Positions 38,264 through 46,498 of a stretch of DNA of 64,000 nucleotides are shown here, piece after piece. The stretch's first letter is position 1; each line of letters begins with the position of its first letter. The position numbers and the translations under genes were made by a program. The stretch spans positions 40,537 to 104,536 of the forward strand of contig CACFIH010000001.1 of the NCBI GenBank assembly GCA_902566365.1, read 5' to 3'. Under the pieces are notes generated by a model. That model was given only the letters and a program-made list of their open reading frames with translations, had not been told where the DNA came from and ran no database searches. This stretch comes from an uncultured Pelagibacteraceae bacterium. Lineage in GTDB: Bacteria; Pseudomonadota; Alphaproteobacteria; Pelagibacterales; Pelagibacteraceae.

Positions 38264-38953
38264 TTATCTTGCCAATTTTATAAAAATATCACCCATTCCA
38301 GCATCTAAATTTTCTAAAGGTGTATTGTTTCTTAAATTACAATACCTACCAGTAACTTGGTGGCTTTTAACAAAATCTATTTCGTCTTTTTCACAATTTT
38401 TTCCGTTATGCAACAAACCTATAACTATTCTATCATCAAGACTATACACCTCTGATTTTTTAATTTTTTTACCATCACAAAAATAATTTTTATTTACTCT
38501 GTTTGGAAAATCTTGTTTATCACAAGGATTTTTGATTGTTAAAACATAAAATTCTTTCAAGCCATCTTTAAATTCATATTTCATTTTTTGAGTTTCAGAG
38601 TATTTCATAAGATCACATGAACATGGAACACAACATCTATAATAATTTCCACAAATTTTTTTTCGAGTTTTAGTTTCTTCAATAAATAAAAATTCTGAGT
38701 CGCTATTTGGATCAATCAAAGATCCGGAAACTGCGCAGTATAATTTATTAAATTCAATAAAATCTTTATAAGTAATTTTTTTATCTATAATATATTTAAA
38801 AAACTTGGGTCCTGCCGCGTTTCTATTTTTATCAGGAAATATTCTTGACCAATCAGTAATAAGCTCCTTGTGATAGTTTTTTTCTTCAGCAAATGATTTA
38901 AGTTGAAATAATATCAAAAATATTATCAAGGATAGATTTAAAAATTTTTTCAT
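38264..38953 (-). CDS. Exported cysteine-rich hypothetical protein
   Basis: Signal peptide (…KSFA/EE), 10 Cys including ICGNYYRCCVPCSCD; ATGA overlap with the upstream gene. Confidence 0.8.
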   Translation of the reverse strand: MKKFLNLSLIIFLILFQLKSFAEEKNYHKELITDWSRIFPDKNRNAAGPKFFKYIIDKKITYKDFIEFNKLYCAVSGSLIDPNSDSEFLFIEETKTRKKICGNYYRCCVPCSCDLMKYSETQKMKYEFKDGLKEFYVLTIKNPCDKQDFPNRVNKNYFCDGKKIKKSEVYSLDDRIVIGLLHNGKNCEKDEIDFVKSHQVTGRYCNLRNNTPLENLDAGMGDIFIKLAR

Positions 38954-40380
38954 TTTTGCTTTATAGTAATTGTTTGGTTTAACTCACTTACATTAAATAA
39001 TTCTTTCGATCCATTAGTCCATTTAACCTCTACTTTAAAATTTTTTTCATCTTTTCTAATTCCATAATGTGCCACAGGCTCCATTTGGCATAAGTAACCA
39101 GATCCTGCATCAATAGTTTTGGAATGCTTTCTTTTATTAGTTATTAATGTTACCGTGGTTCCTCTCGCTGGGGCACCATATTTATTTAATGGTTTAATTC
39201 TTAGGTATTTATTTTCTTTGTTTACTTTTGCTTTATACAAAGTTAATGGTTGTTCTTTACTTTCACCACGAGCAATTAATAATTCTAAAACTCCGTCATT
39301 ATCAATATCTGCTACTGCTGCACCAGTTCCATACCCATTAGCCTCGAGACCAACTTGAAAAGTTATCTGTTCAAATTTTCCGTTATCTTTAATACGAAAT
39401 AATTTATTTGGTTCTGCTATATTGTTCATAAAAACTTCATCAAAACCATCGTTATCAAAATCTGCAGAAATAATTGTTCTTATTCTCGAAGGTTTATCAA
39501 AATCTTTATTTCCTACATCTTTAAATTGATTTTTTTTCAGAACCCAGGCTCTATGATATCCAAGCCAATTGCCACTCAAAATATCTAATCTTCCACGATA
39601 ATATATGTCTGATAAAGCTGTACCTCTCCCATTTTGAATTGCATCATCTACTCTATAATCAAATGCTACATCTTCAAAATTTCCATTATTATTTTTATAA
39701 AGAAAATTTGCTCCCCTCTCATTTGCTGCAAAAATGTCTGCTCTATCTGACAATATATGTCCTGATACCACTGCTCTTCCACCAGTGATATTATCAAGAT
39801 TTAAACTTTGAGCCTTATCTTTAATCAATTCATCTTCAATCTCATAAAATCTGGTTGGGCCTCCGTAATTTGCTACATAAATTCCATATTCACCATCTCC
39901 CTTTCTATCTACACAAACTACAGATCTTCCTGCTGTTAAATTTAGGTTTTCTTTATTTTTTTCTAATTCGAATAAATCAAAAAAATTATTACCCTCTATA
40001 TCTAATAATCTATCTGAATATTTTTTATCCCCACTATATGTATCTGTATTTAGAAAGTAAATTTCTTCAAAGCCATCTTTATCGATATCACACGCCGCAA
40101 CTCCTATAGTCCTTTTCAAAGTATCTGAAAAAATTTTTTGCTGATTTAGATTCTTTAATTTTCCATCCTGAAAAGACAAAGCTAAATTTGGATAACCAAA
40201 ACCTGTTACTAAAAACTCGTATTTGCCATCCATATTGAAATCTGTCACGGAAATACCATAGCTGAGCCTTTTTTCGTTATTTTCAATAATTTTTGATAGA
40301 TCTTCAAAAAATTCTGCACGAGTATTATTTGTAAGAATTACGAAAAAAATTAAAGTCAGATATCGAGTAAGATTTTTCAT
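38950..40380 (-). CDS. CRTAC1-family protein (FG-GAP beta-propeller plus ASPIC/UnbV domain), secreted; start at the ATG at 40380
   Basis: Repeated DxD/NxDG loops (TDFNMDG, CDIDKDG, ADFDNDG, ADIDNDG) and C-terminal IDAGSGYLCQMEPVAHYG; signal peptide. Confidence 0.9.
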   Translation of the reverse strand: MKNLTRYLTLIFFVILTNNTRAEFFEDLSKIIENNEKRLSYGISVTDFNMDGKYEFLVTGFGYPNLALSFQDGKLKNLNQQKIFSDTLKRTIGVAACDIDKDGFEEIYFLNTDTYSGDKKYSDRLLDIEGNNFFDLFELEKNKENLNLTAGRSVVCVDRKGDGEYGIYVANYGGPTRFYEIEDELIKDKAQSLNLDNITGGRAVVSGHILSDRADIFAANERGANFLYKNNNGNFEDVAFDYRVDDAIQNGRGTALSDIYYRGRLDILSGNWLGYHRAWVLKKNQFKDVGNKDFDKPSRIRTIISADFDNDGFDEVFMNNIAEPNKLFRIKDNGKFEQITFQVGLEANGYGTGAAVADIDNDGVLELLIARGESKEQPLTLYKAKVNKENKYLRIKPLNKYGAPARGTTVTLITNKRKHSKTIDAGSGYLCQMEPVAHYGIRKDEKNFKVEVKWTNGSKELFNVSELNQTITIKQK

Positions 40381-40505
40381 TTTTTTGATGAACATTTTTT
40401 TGAACAATACTTAACCTTTTCCCAATTAAGTCTCCATTTCCTTCTCCATTTAAATGGTCTTTGACATATTGGACAAACCTTAATTGGTAAGTTTTCTTTT
40501 TTCAC
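40377..40505 (-). CDS. DUF2256 family small zinc-finger-like protein
   Basis: Manual translation (GTG start) MKKENLPIKVCPICQRPFKWRRKWRLNWEKVKYCSKKCSSKK*; CxxC...WRxKW...YCSxxC pattern; overlaps both neighbours. Confidence 0.88.
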   Translation of the reverse strand: MKKENLPIKVCPICQRPFKWRRKWRLNWEKVKYCSKKCSSKK

Positions 40506-41995
40506 TAAATTGTGTTTTCTTTAATAAATTTATCTGCAGCCGACAAAATTAATTTTTTTCTATCCATTTTCATTTTATCAAAAATTCTAACCATCATTGA
40601 AAGTCTTGGATTTTTTAGAAAAAACTTTCTATTACGATCTATAAATCTCCAGTAAAGTCCGTCCATCGTGTTACACCACTCTCCTTTTTTAAAATCCATC
40701 ATTTTCATAAAATAACTTGATCCACAAATGTATGGTTTGGTTGCAAAAATTCCCCCATCACTAAATAACCCCATACCATAAACATTAGGTACCATTACCC
40801 AATCTGAGGAATCTACAAACATCTCCATGAACCATTTATAAACAATATTAGGTTTTATTTCACAAAGGTTCATTATGTTTGATAAAATCATTAATCTTTC
40901 AATATGATGAGACCATCCAAAATTTAATGCGTTTTTAATTGCGTAATCTAATGGAGGTAAACCTGTCGTTCCATCATACCAAGATTTTTTCATTTTACGA
41001 TTTTGTTTGAAAAAATTTCCAGTTTCCATTTCATTTGAGTAACTTTGATAAATTCCTCTCATAAATTCTCTCCACCCCATAACCTGACGAACATAACCTT
41101 CTAAAGAATTTAATCTGATTTTTTTACTCTTATGGAAATCTAAAACTTTTTTGATAATAAATTCAGGTGTGATTAAACCAAGATTAATATAAGGGCTTAA
41201 AGCGCTGTGAAACAAAATATTATCTTTTTGATCCACTGCGTCTTCATAATCACCAAACAAATTAGATTTTTCTTTAATGAAAAAATTCAATAATTTGACC
41301 ACATCATTATGCTCTGTAGCAAACCAGAAATTTTTGGTTGTTCCTGGATGATCTTTAAATAGTTTTTCAATAATAGGTTTTAATTTTTTAGTATGATTTG
41401 TTTCATTAATTTTAGGAAACTTTGGAATAGAAATATTTTTTGGTAACTTATTTCTATTGTCTTCATCAAAACTCCATTTGCCGCCAATTGGATTACCATC
41501 TGAGCCCATTAGTATCCCTGATTTTTTTCTGATATCTTTATAAAAAGTTGCCATGAAAGGTTTCTTTGATTTGGATAAATATTGTTTAAATTCCTCTCTT
41601 GAGTTTAAAAACATTGGAGTTTGAATAACATTCCACTTTATTTTTTCTTTTTTGAGAAATTGATTTATTTTTTTTTCAAAAAATTTATCTTCAACTTCAA
41701 AGCTTGAAATCTCTTTTATTTTTTTTGAACTAATTACTTTTTTTAATTTTTTTATATAATCATCCTTAAATTCTTTATCCTCAATTTTAATGTACTCTAA
41801 TTTAAATTTATCTCTTTTAAGACTATCTGCATGTGAACGCATTGATGATAAGAAAAGGAGTATTTTTTGTTTATGGTGTTTTTCATAAGTACATAAATGA
41901 TTATCTTCGGCCATGAAAAACAGGTGGTCTTTTTTGAAGCGGTCCAAGTATTTTGATGGAAATAATTGATTACCCAGTATAAAAAATAACTTCAT
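40505..41995 (-). CDS. Cryptochrome/photolyase, bacterial (6-4) photolyase (PhrB/CryB-like) clade
   Basis: ILGNQL, HHKQKI, GGKWSFDEDNR, FGDYEDA, LFHSALSPYINLGL, EGYVRQVMGWREF, HHIERLM, WVMVPNVYGM, KPYI. Confidence 0.9.
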   Translation of the reverse strand: MKLFFILGNQLFPSKYLDRFKKDHLFFMAEDNHLCTYEKHHKQKILLFLSSMRSHADSLKRDKFKLEYIKIEDKEFKDDYIKKLKKVISSKKIKEISSFEVEDKFFEKKINQFLKKEKIKWNVIQTPMFLNSREEFKQYLSKSKKPFMATFYKDIRKKSGILMGSDGNPIGGKWSFDEDNRNKLPKNISIPKFPKINETNHTKKLKPIIEKLFKDHPGTTKNFWFATEHNDVVKLLNFFIKEKSNLFGDYEDAVDQKDNILFHSALSPYINLGLITPEFIIKKVLDFHKSKKIRLNSLEGYVRQVMGWREFMRGIYQSYSNEMETGNFFKQNRKMKKSWYDGTTGLPPLDYAIKNALNFGWSHHIERLMILSNIMNLCEIKPNIVYKWFMEMFVDSSDWVMVPNVYGMGLFSDGGIFATKPYICGSSYFMKMMDFKKGEWCNTMDGLYWRFIDRNRKFFLKNPRLSMMVRIFDKMKMDRKKLILSAADKFIKENTI

Positions 41996-42022
41996 AGTTA
42001 AATATAACTAATAAAATTTTTT

Positions 42023-42733
42023 ATGTCAGAAAAATATCTCATTTTTGGTGCGACAGGTTCAATCGGATCTAGCTTAGCCGAACAATTAGTAAACTCGGGA
42101 AATACTGTTCATTTAGTTGGAAGAAATGAAAATGAAACAAAAAGTATTTCAGAAAAACTTGGTTGTACTTTTACCATCGCCAATGTTTTAGAAGATGGAT
42201 TTATAGAAAAAGTTAAAAATGACATTTCAGATATAAAAGGTGTTGCTTATTGTGTTGGTTCAATAGACTTAAAACCTTTGAGAATGGTTAATGAACAGGA
42301 TTTTAACAAGTGTATGAAATTAAATCTCTATTCAGCAGTTGAGGTTATTAAAAGTTATCAAGAAAGTTTAAAAAAAAATAAAGGTTCAGTAGTTTTATTC
42401 TCTACAGTAGCAGCACAAAGAGGATTTACTAATCATGCAATAATTGCCTCAACTAAAGCCGCTGTAGAAGGATTAACTGTTTCATTGGCAGCTGAATTTG
42501 CTCCAAATATTAGAGTGAATTGTATTGCACCTAGTTTAACTAATTCAAAGATTGCAGAACCAATGTTGAAAAATAAAGCATTAGCAGATGGAATAGCAAA
42601 AGCTCATCCTTTAAAAAGATTGGGAGAAGGAAAAGACTCAGCTTCTCTCGCAAAATTTCTCATCACTGATGACAGTTCTTGGGTTACTGGTCAGATTATT
42701 GCTGTTGATGGTGGTAGATCCAAGCTCTCTTAA
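42023..42733 (+). CDS. Short-chain dehydrogenase/reductase
   Basis: GATGSIG Rossmann motif, IRVNCIAP, VTGQIIAVDGG; the YxxxK position reads IASTK. Confidence 0.88.
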   Translation: MSEKYLIFGATGSIGSSLAEQLVNSGNTVHLVGRNENETKSISEKLGCTFTIANVLEDGFIEKVKNDISDIKGVAYCVGSIDLKPLRMVNEQDFNKCMKLNLYSAVEVIKSYQESLKKNKGSVVLFSTVAAQRGFTNHAIIASTKAAVEGLTVSLAAEFAPNIRVNCIAPSLTNSKIAEPMLKNKALADGIAKAHPLKRLGEGKDSASLAKFLITDDSSWVTGQIIAVDGGRSKLS

Positions 42734-42734
42734 A

Positions 42735-43799
42735 GTGAGAAAATTTTTAATTTCTATATTCTTATTTTTAATCTCTATAAATGTTTCATTTGCAGAAAAT
42801 CTTAATTTTGAAAAAATTTTAGATTTAGATGATCCATGGGGCTCAACATTTGTTAGCAGTAATGAGCTAGTGATCACAGAAAAAAGTGGAAAAATTAAGT
42901 TGATTAATCTTAATTCTAAAAAAATCTCTGAAATAAATCATAATCTTAATTATCTAGAACATGGTCAAGGGGGGTTGTTAGACATTTTGTTTAAAAATAA
43001 TTTCATTTATATTTCTTATTCAGAAAATAGAGGAAGTGGAAATACAAGTACTTCAATAGCTAAATCAAAATTTAATGAAAAAAATTTAACTTTTAAAAAT
43101 ATTTTCCAAGCAAATCCTCCTATCAACTCTGGATATCATTTTGGATCGAGGTTGGCGATTAAAGATAATTTTTTATTTGCATCAGCTGGTGAAAGAGGAG
43201 AGGGAATGATTGCGCAAGATCCAACTAAACATCCTGGAAGTATTATTAGAATTAATATTGATGGAAGTATTCCAAAAGATAATCCAAAATTTGAAGGTAA
43301 ATCTGATTGGTTACCAGAAATATATCAAATAGGAATTAGAAATCCTCAAGGTTTAACTTTATCTCCATTTGACGGAAAAATTTATTTAAGTAACCATGGT
43401 GCAAGAGGAGGTGATTGGTTTGGTGAAGCAAAAAAGGGTGAAAATTACGGATGGAAAATTTTAGGATGGGGAGGTAAAAATTATTCTGGTATTCCAATTG
43501 GTCCAAAATGGAAACCTGGCTTTACAAAAGCAATACATTACTGGGTCCCCTCTATAGCAACAAGTGCAATAACTATCTATAAAGGTAAAGAATTCAGTGA
43601 ATGGAATGGTCATGCATTAATAACTTCTCTTAAAGATCAATCCCTAAGAAAATTAATATTCACCGACTTATCCAATGTGAAAGAAAAGATTATTTTTAAA
43701 GATAAGATCGGAAGAATAAGAGATATACAGGTTCATCCAGATAATGGAAAAATTTATTTTTTAGCAGGAGATGGTTTGTGGTTGATGGAAAAAAATTAA
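42735..43799 (+). CDS. PQQ-dependent sugar dehydrogenase (YliI/GdhB-type beta-propeller); start at the GTG at 42735
   Basis: Signal peptide, PWG, GQGGLLDI, HFGSRL, GIRNPQG, NYGW, GRIRDI. Confidence 0.88.
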   Translation: MRKFLISIFLFLISINVSFAENLNFEKILDLDDPWGSTFVSSNELVITEKSGKIKLINLNSKKISEINHNLNYLEHGQGGLLDILFKNNFIYISYSENRGSGNTSTSIAKSKFNEKNLTFKNIFQANPPINSGYHFGSRLAIKDNFLFASAGERGEGMIAQDPTKHPGSIIRINIDGSIPKDNPKFEGKSDWLPEIYQIGIRNPQGLTLSPFDGKIYLSNHGARGGDWFGEAKKGENYGWKILGWGGKNYSGIPIGPKWKPGFTKAIHYWVPSIATSAITIYKGKEFSEWNGHALITSLKDQSLRKLIFTDLSNVKEKIIFKDKIGRIRDIQVHPDNGKIYFLAGDGLWLMEKN

Positions 43800-44851
43800 C
43801 TCATATTTTATTAATTTTAGTTGGAATTTTTTTTTATAATTGTTTAAGTATTGCGATGGAAAAACCTTATCATCATTTACCAGACGGAACTTTTAGAAAT
43901 CCAGAAGGTTCACCAAAAAGAGACCCTAATATTAAATGGTCTTATAAAATATTTAATCAGGAAAAAAAGAAGCTTGATATGACAGTACCCAAAGAACATG
44001 TTGTTGAAAAAGAAAAAGTTTTATCAGACCTGAAAAAATATCAAGAAGATGATTATGTTGCTTGGATAGGTCATGCTACTTTTTTAATTAAGCTTGGGGA
44101 AACAACGATAATTACTGATCCAGTATTCTCAAAAAATGCAGGTCCTTTAATTTTTGGACCAGATAGATTTACTGAACCAGCTTTAAAACTTAACGAAATC
44201 CCAAAAATAGATTTATTTTTACTTACCCATAATCATTACGATCATCAAGACATGTCTACTATTAGAAAATTTCCATATAAAAATGCAAAGGTTTTACTCC
44301 CACTGAAACTAAGTAAATATTTTAAAAGATATAAAGATGTTAATGAAATGGATTGGTATGATGAAATTAAGATTAATGATAATTTAAAAGTTACGTTTTT
44401 ACCCGCTGTCCACTGGTCTAAAAGAAGTTTAACAGATACAAACAAATCACTATGGGGAAATTTTTTGATTGAGTACGATGGAAAAAAAATTCTATTTGCG
44501 TGTGATACTGGTATTGGAGATATTTATAAAGATATAGGTAATAAATATGGCCCAATTGATTTAACATTTATAAATATAGGAGCTTATAATTTTTACCCAA
44601 TAATGCCTTATAAAGATAAATCGGTTTATCATACTAACCCAGAAGAAGCTTTAGAAATTGCTAAAAATTTAAGAAGTAAAAAAGTAATTGGAATGCATTG
44701 GGGAACTTTCGTTCTTTCTTTAGAACCAATTATGGAACCTCCAGTAAGATTTAAAGCTAGCGCGGAAAAATATGGTTTTAAAAAAGAGGATGCTATAATT
44801 TATAAGATTGGTGAGTTTGGATCATTAAAAAAATTACTTAATTATAATTAA
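43778..44851 (+). CDS. MBL-fold metallo-hydrolase (NAPE-PLD/RomA-like)
   Basis: WIGHAT, TDPVFS, THNHYDHQD, PAVHWSKR, IGAY, MHWGTF. Confidence 0.9.
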   Translation: MVDGKKLTHILLILVGIFFYNCLSIAMEKPYHHLPDGTFRNPEGSPKRDPNIKWSYKIFNQEKKKLDMTVPKEHVVEKEKVLSDLKKYQEDDYVAWIGHATFLIKLGETTIITDPVFSKNAGPLIFGPDRFTEPALKLNEIPKIDLFLLTHNHYDHQDMSTIRKFPYKNAKVLLPLKLSKYFKRYKDVNEMDWYDEIKINDNLKVTFLPAVHWSKRSLTDTNKSLWGNFLIEYDGKKILFACDTGIGDIYKDIGNKYGPIDLTFINIGAYNFYPIMPYKDKSVYHTNPEEALEIAKNLRSKKVIGMHWGTFVLSLEPIMEPPVRFKASAEKYGFKKEDAIIYKIGEFGSLKKLLNYN

Positions 44852-45111
44852 TTATCTAATAGTTTTTTTTTAGCCTTTTCAAATTCCTCTTTAGTCAAAA
44901 CACCGTCATTCAGAAGTTGTCTCAATCTTTCAATTTCATAACTAAGTTTATTTTCATCATCAGAGGATTCATTAATTTTTTCAATTTCATTGCTCTCGTT
45001 GGCTTTATTAGCACTTTTAGCACTAAAACCTTTCATAATAGCTGTAGCACCTAAATATAAAACAAATCCAAGTATAGGGATTACTAAACCAAAAAAAATA
45101 ATCTTTTCCAC
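44848..45111 (-). CDS. SHOCT domain membrane protein
   Basis: N-terminal TM and C-terminal LNDGVLTKEEFEKAKKKLL. Confidence 0.85.
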   Translation of the reverse strand: MEKIIFFGLVIPILGFVLYLGATAIMKGFSAKSANKANESNEIEKINESSDDENKLSYEIERLRQLLNDGVLTKEEFEKAKKKLLDN

Positions 45112-45114
45112 TAA

Positions 45115-45318
45115 TTAATCCTCGTCTTCCTCTCTCCAATTTTTTTCATACATTAACCACGCTGCAAATATTACAGAAAAAGTTCCAATAATCATACCAT
45201 AATCAAATCCAGTTTGTTGATCATAAAGATACCAACCTAATTGGGTAGCACCAATAGGTGGAATTGTAAGTATGCACATTATGATAACAATTCTATATGG
45301 ATATTTTGGTTTTTTCAT
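45115..45318 (-). CDS. Small hypothetical two-TM protein (start at the ATG at 45318)
   Basis: Hydrophobic ORF in a packed same-strand run. Confidence 0.65.
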   Translation of the reverse strand: MKKPKYPYRIVIIMCILTIPPIGATQLGWYLYDQQTGFDYGMIIGTFSVIFAAWLMYEKNWREEDED

Positions 45319-45355
45319 AACCAAACTTATCAAATATTTTTTATGGATTTAAATA

Positions 45356-46201
45356 TTAAATTTGCGATCTTTTGAAACAGTCAATCGTATTTTTAAGTAA
45401 ACAAGCAATAGTCATCGGTCCAACCCCACCAGGAACTGGAGTTAATGCCTTTGCTTTTTTTGAAACTTCATCAAAAGCTACATCTCCAACAATACCCTTA
45501 TCTGTTTTGTTAATACCCACATCAATTACAATGGTGTCTTTTTTAACCCAATCACCTTTGACAAGTTCGGGTATTCCAACAGCTGCAACAATAATATCAG
45601 CTTCAAGACATTCAGCTTTTAAATCTTTTGTTTTTGAATGTGTAATTGTAACGGTACAATTTTCTTTTAAAAGGAGTTGTGTCATAGGTTTGCCATTTAA
45701 ATTTGATCTACCAACTACAACAGCTTTTTTACCACTTAAGTTTGGTTCTATCTTTTTGATTAATAAGTAACAACCCAATGGTGTACATGGCACTGAACTC
45801 TCGTAACCAGATGAAAGATTTCCTACATTCATAGGATGAAAACCATCAACATCTTTTGAGGGATGAATGGCTTCAATAACTTTTTGTTTATCTATATGCT
45901 TAGGGAGAGGTAACTGAACTAAAATACCAGATACAGTTTCATCTTTATTCAATTCCTTTATTTTTTCTAAAACAACTTTTTCATCCACAGAGTCTGGATA
46001 TTTTACAACATCGGATTTCAGTCCAACTTCATTTGCAGATTTTTCTTTATTTCGAACATAAATTTGACTTGGAGTTAAATCTCCAATTAAAATAACTGTT
46101 AAACCAGGAACTTTGTTATATTTTACCTTTAACTCTGAAACTTCTTTTTTAAGTTCCTCTCTTAAAAGTGCAGCTTCCTTTTTACCATCGATTAAAATCA
46201 T
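45356..46201 (-). CDS. folD: Methylenetetrahydrofolate dehydrogenase/cyclohydrolase
   Basis: GILVQLPLP, KDVDGFH, PCTPLG, TPVPGGVGPMT. Confidence 0.97.
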   Translation of the reverse strand: MILIDGKKEAALLREELKKEVSELKVKYNKVPGLTVILIGDLTPSQIYVRNKEKSANEVGLKSDVVKYPDSVDEKVVLEKIKELNKDETVSGILVQLPLPKHIDKQKVIEAIHPSKDVDGFHPMNVGNLSSGYESSVPCTPLGCYLLIKKIEPNLSGKKAVVVGRSNLNGKPMTQLLLKENCTVTITHSKTKDLKAECLEADIIVAAVGIPELVKGDWVKKDTIVIDVGINKTDKGIVGDVAFDEVSKKAKALTPVPGGVGPMTIACLLKNTIDCFKRSQI

Positions 46202-46207
46202 AAATTT

Positions 46208-46498
46208 TTAAAATATCATTGGCGCGACGTAAAGCTTCATACACATTTCTATGAACCAAATCAATAGAAGTAAAATTATTGGAGATATATCTAAAGCACC
46301 TAAATTTGGAAGAAATCGTCTTATTCTTCTTAAAAAAGGCTCTGTTAGTCTGTAAGTAAAATCTAAAATTAAATATACAAATCTATTTTGAGTATTTAAA
46401 ATATTAAAGGCAATTAACCAACTTATTATAACATTTGCTATAACTACATAAGAATAAAGTTTTAATAATTGTAAAGCTAAATAAAAGACAGCAATCAT
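46208..46498 (-). CDS. YggT family membrane protein
   Basis: ISWL, LTEPFLRRIRRFLP, LDISPI. Confidence 0.92.
   Translation of the reverse strand: MIAVFYLALQLLKLYSYVVIANVIISWLIAFNILNTQNRFVYLILDFTYRLTEPFLRRIRRFLPNLGALDISPIILLLLIWFIEMCMKLYVAPMIF

Noticed and set aside
38172-38486. 104-aa plus-strand ORF
   Set aside because: It is antisense to the Cys-rich gene and the ArfA-like ORF, which fit the minus-strand operon packing.
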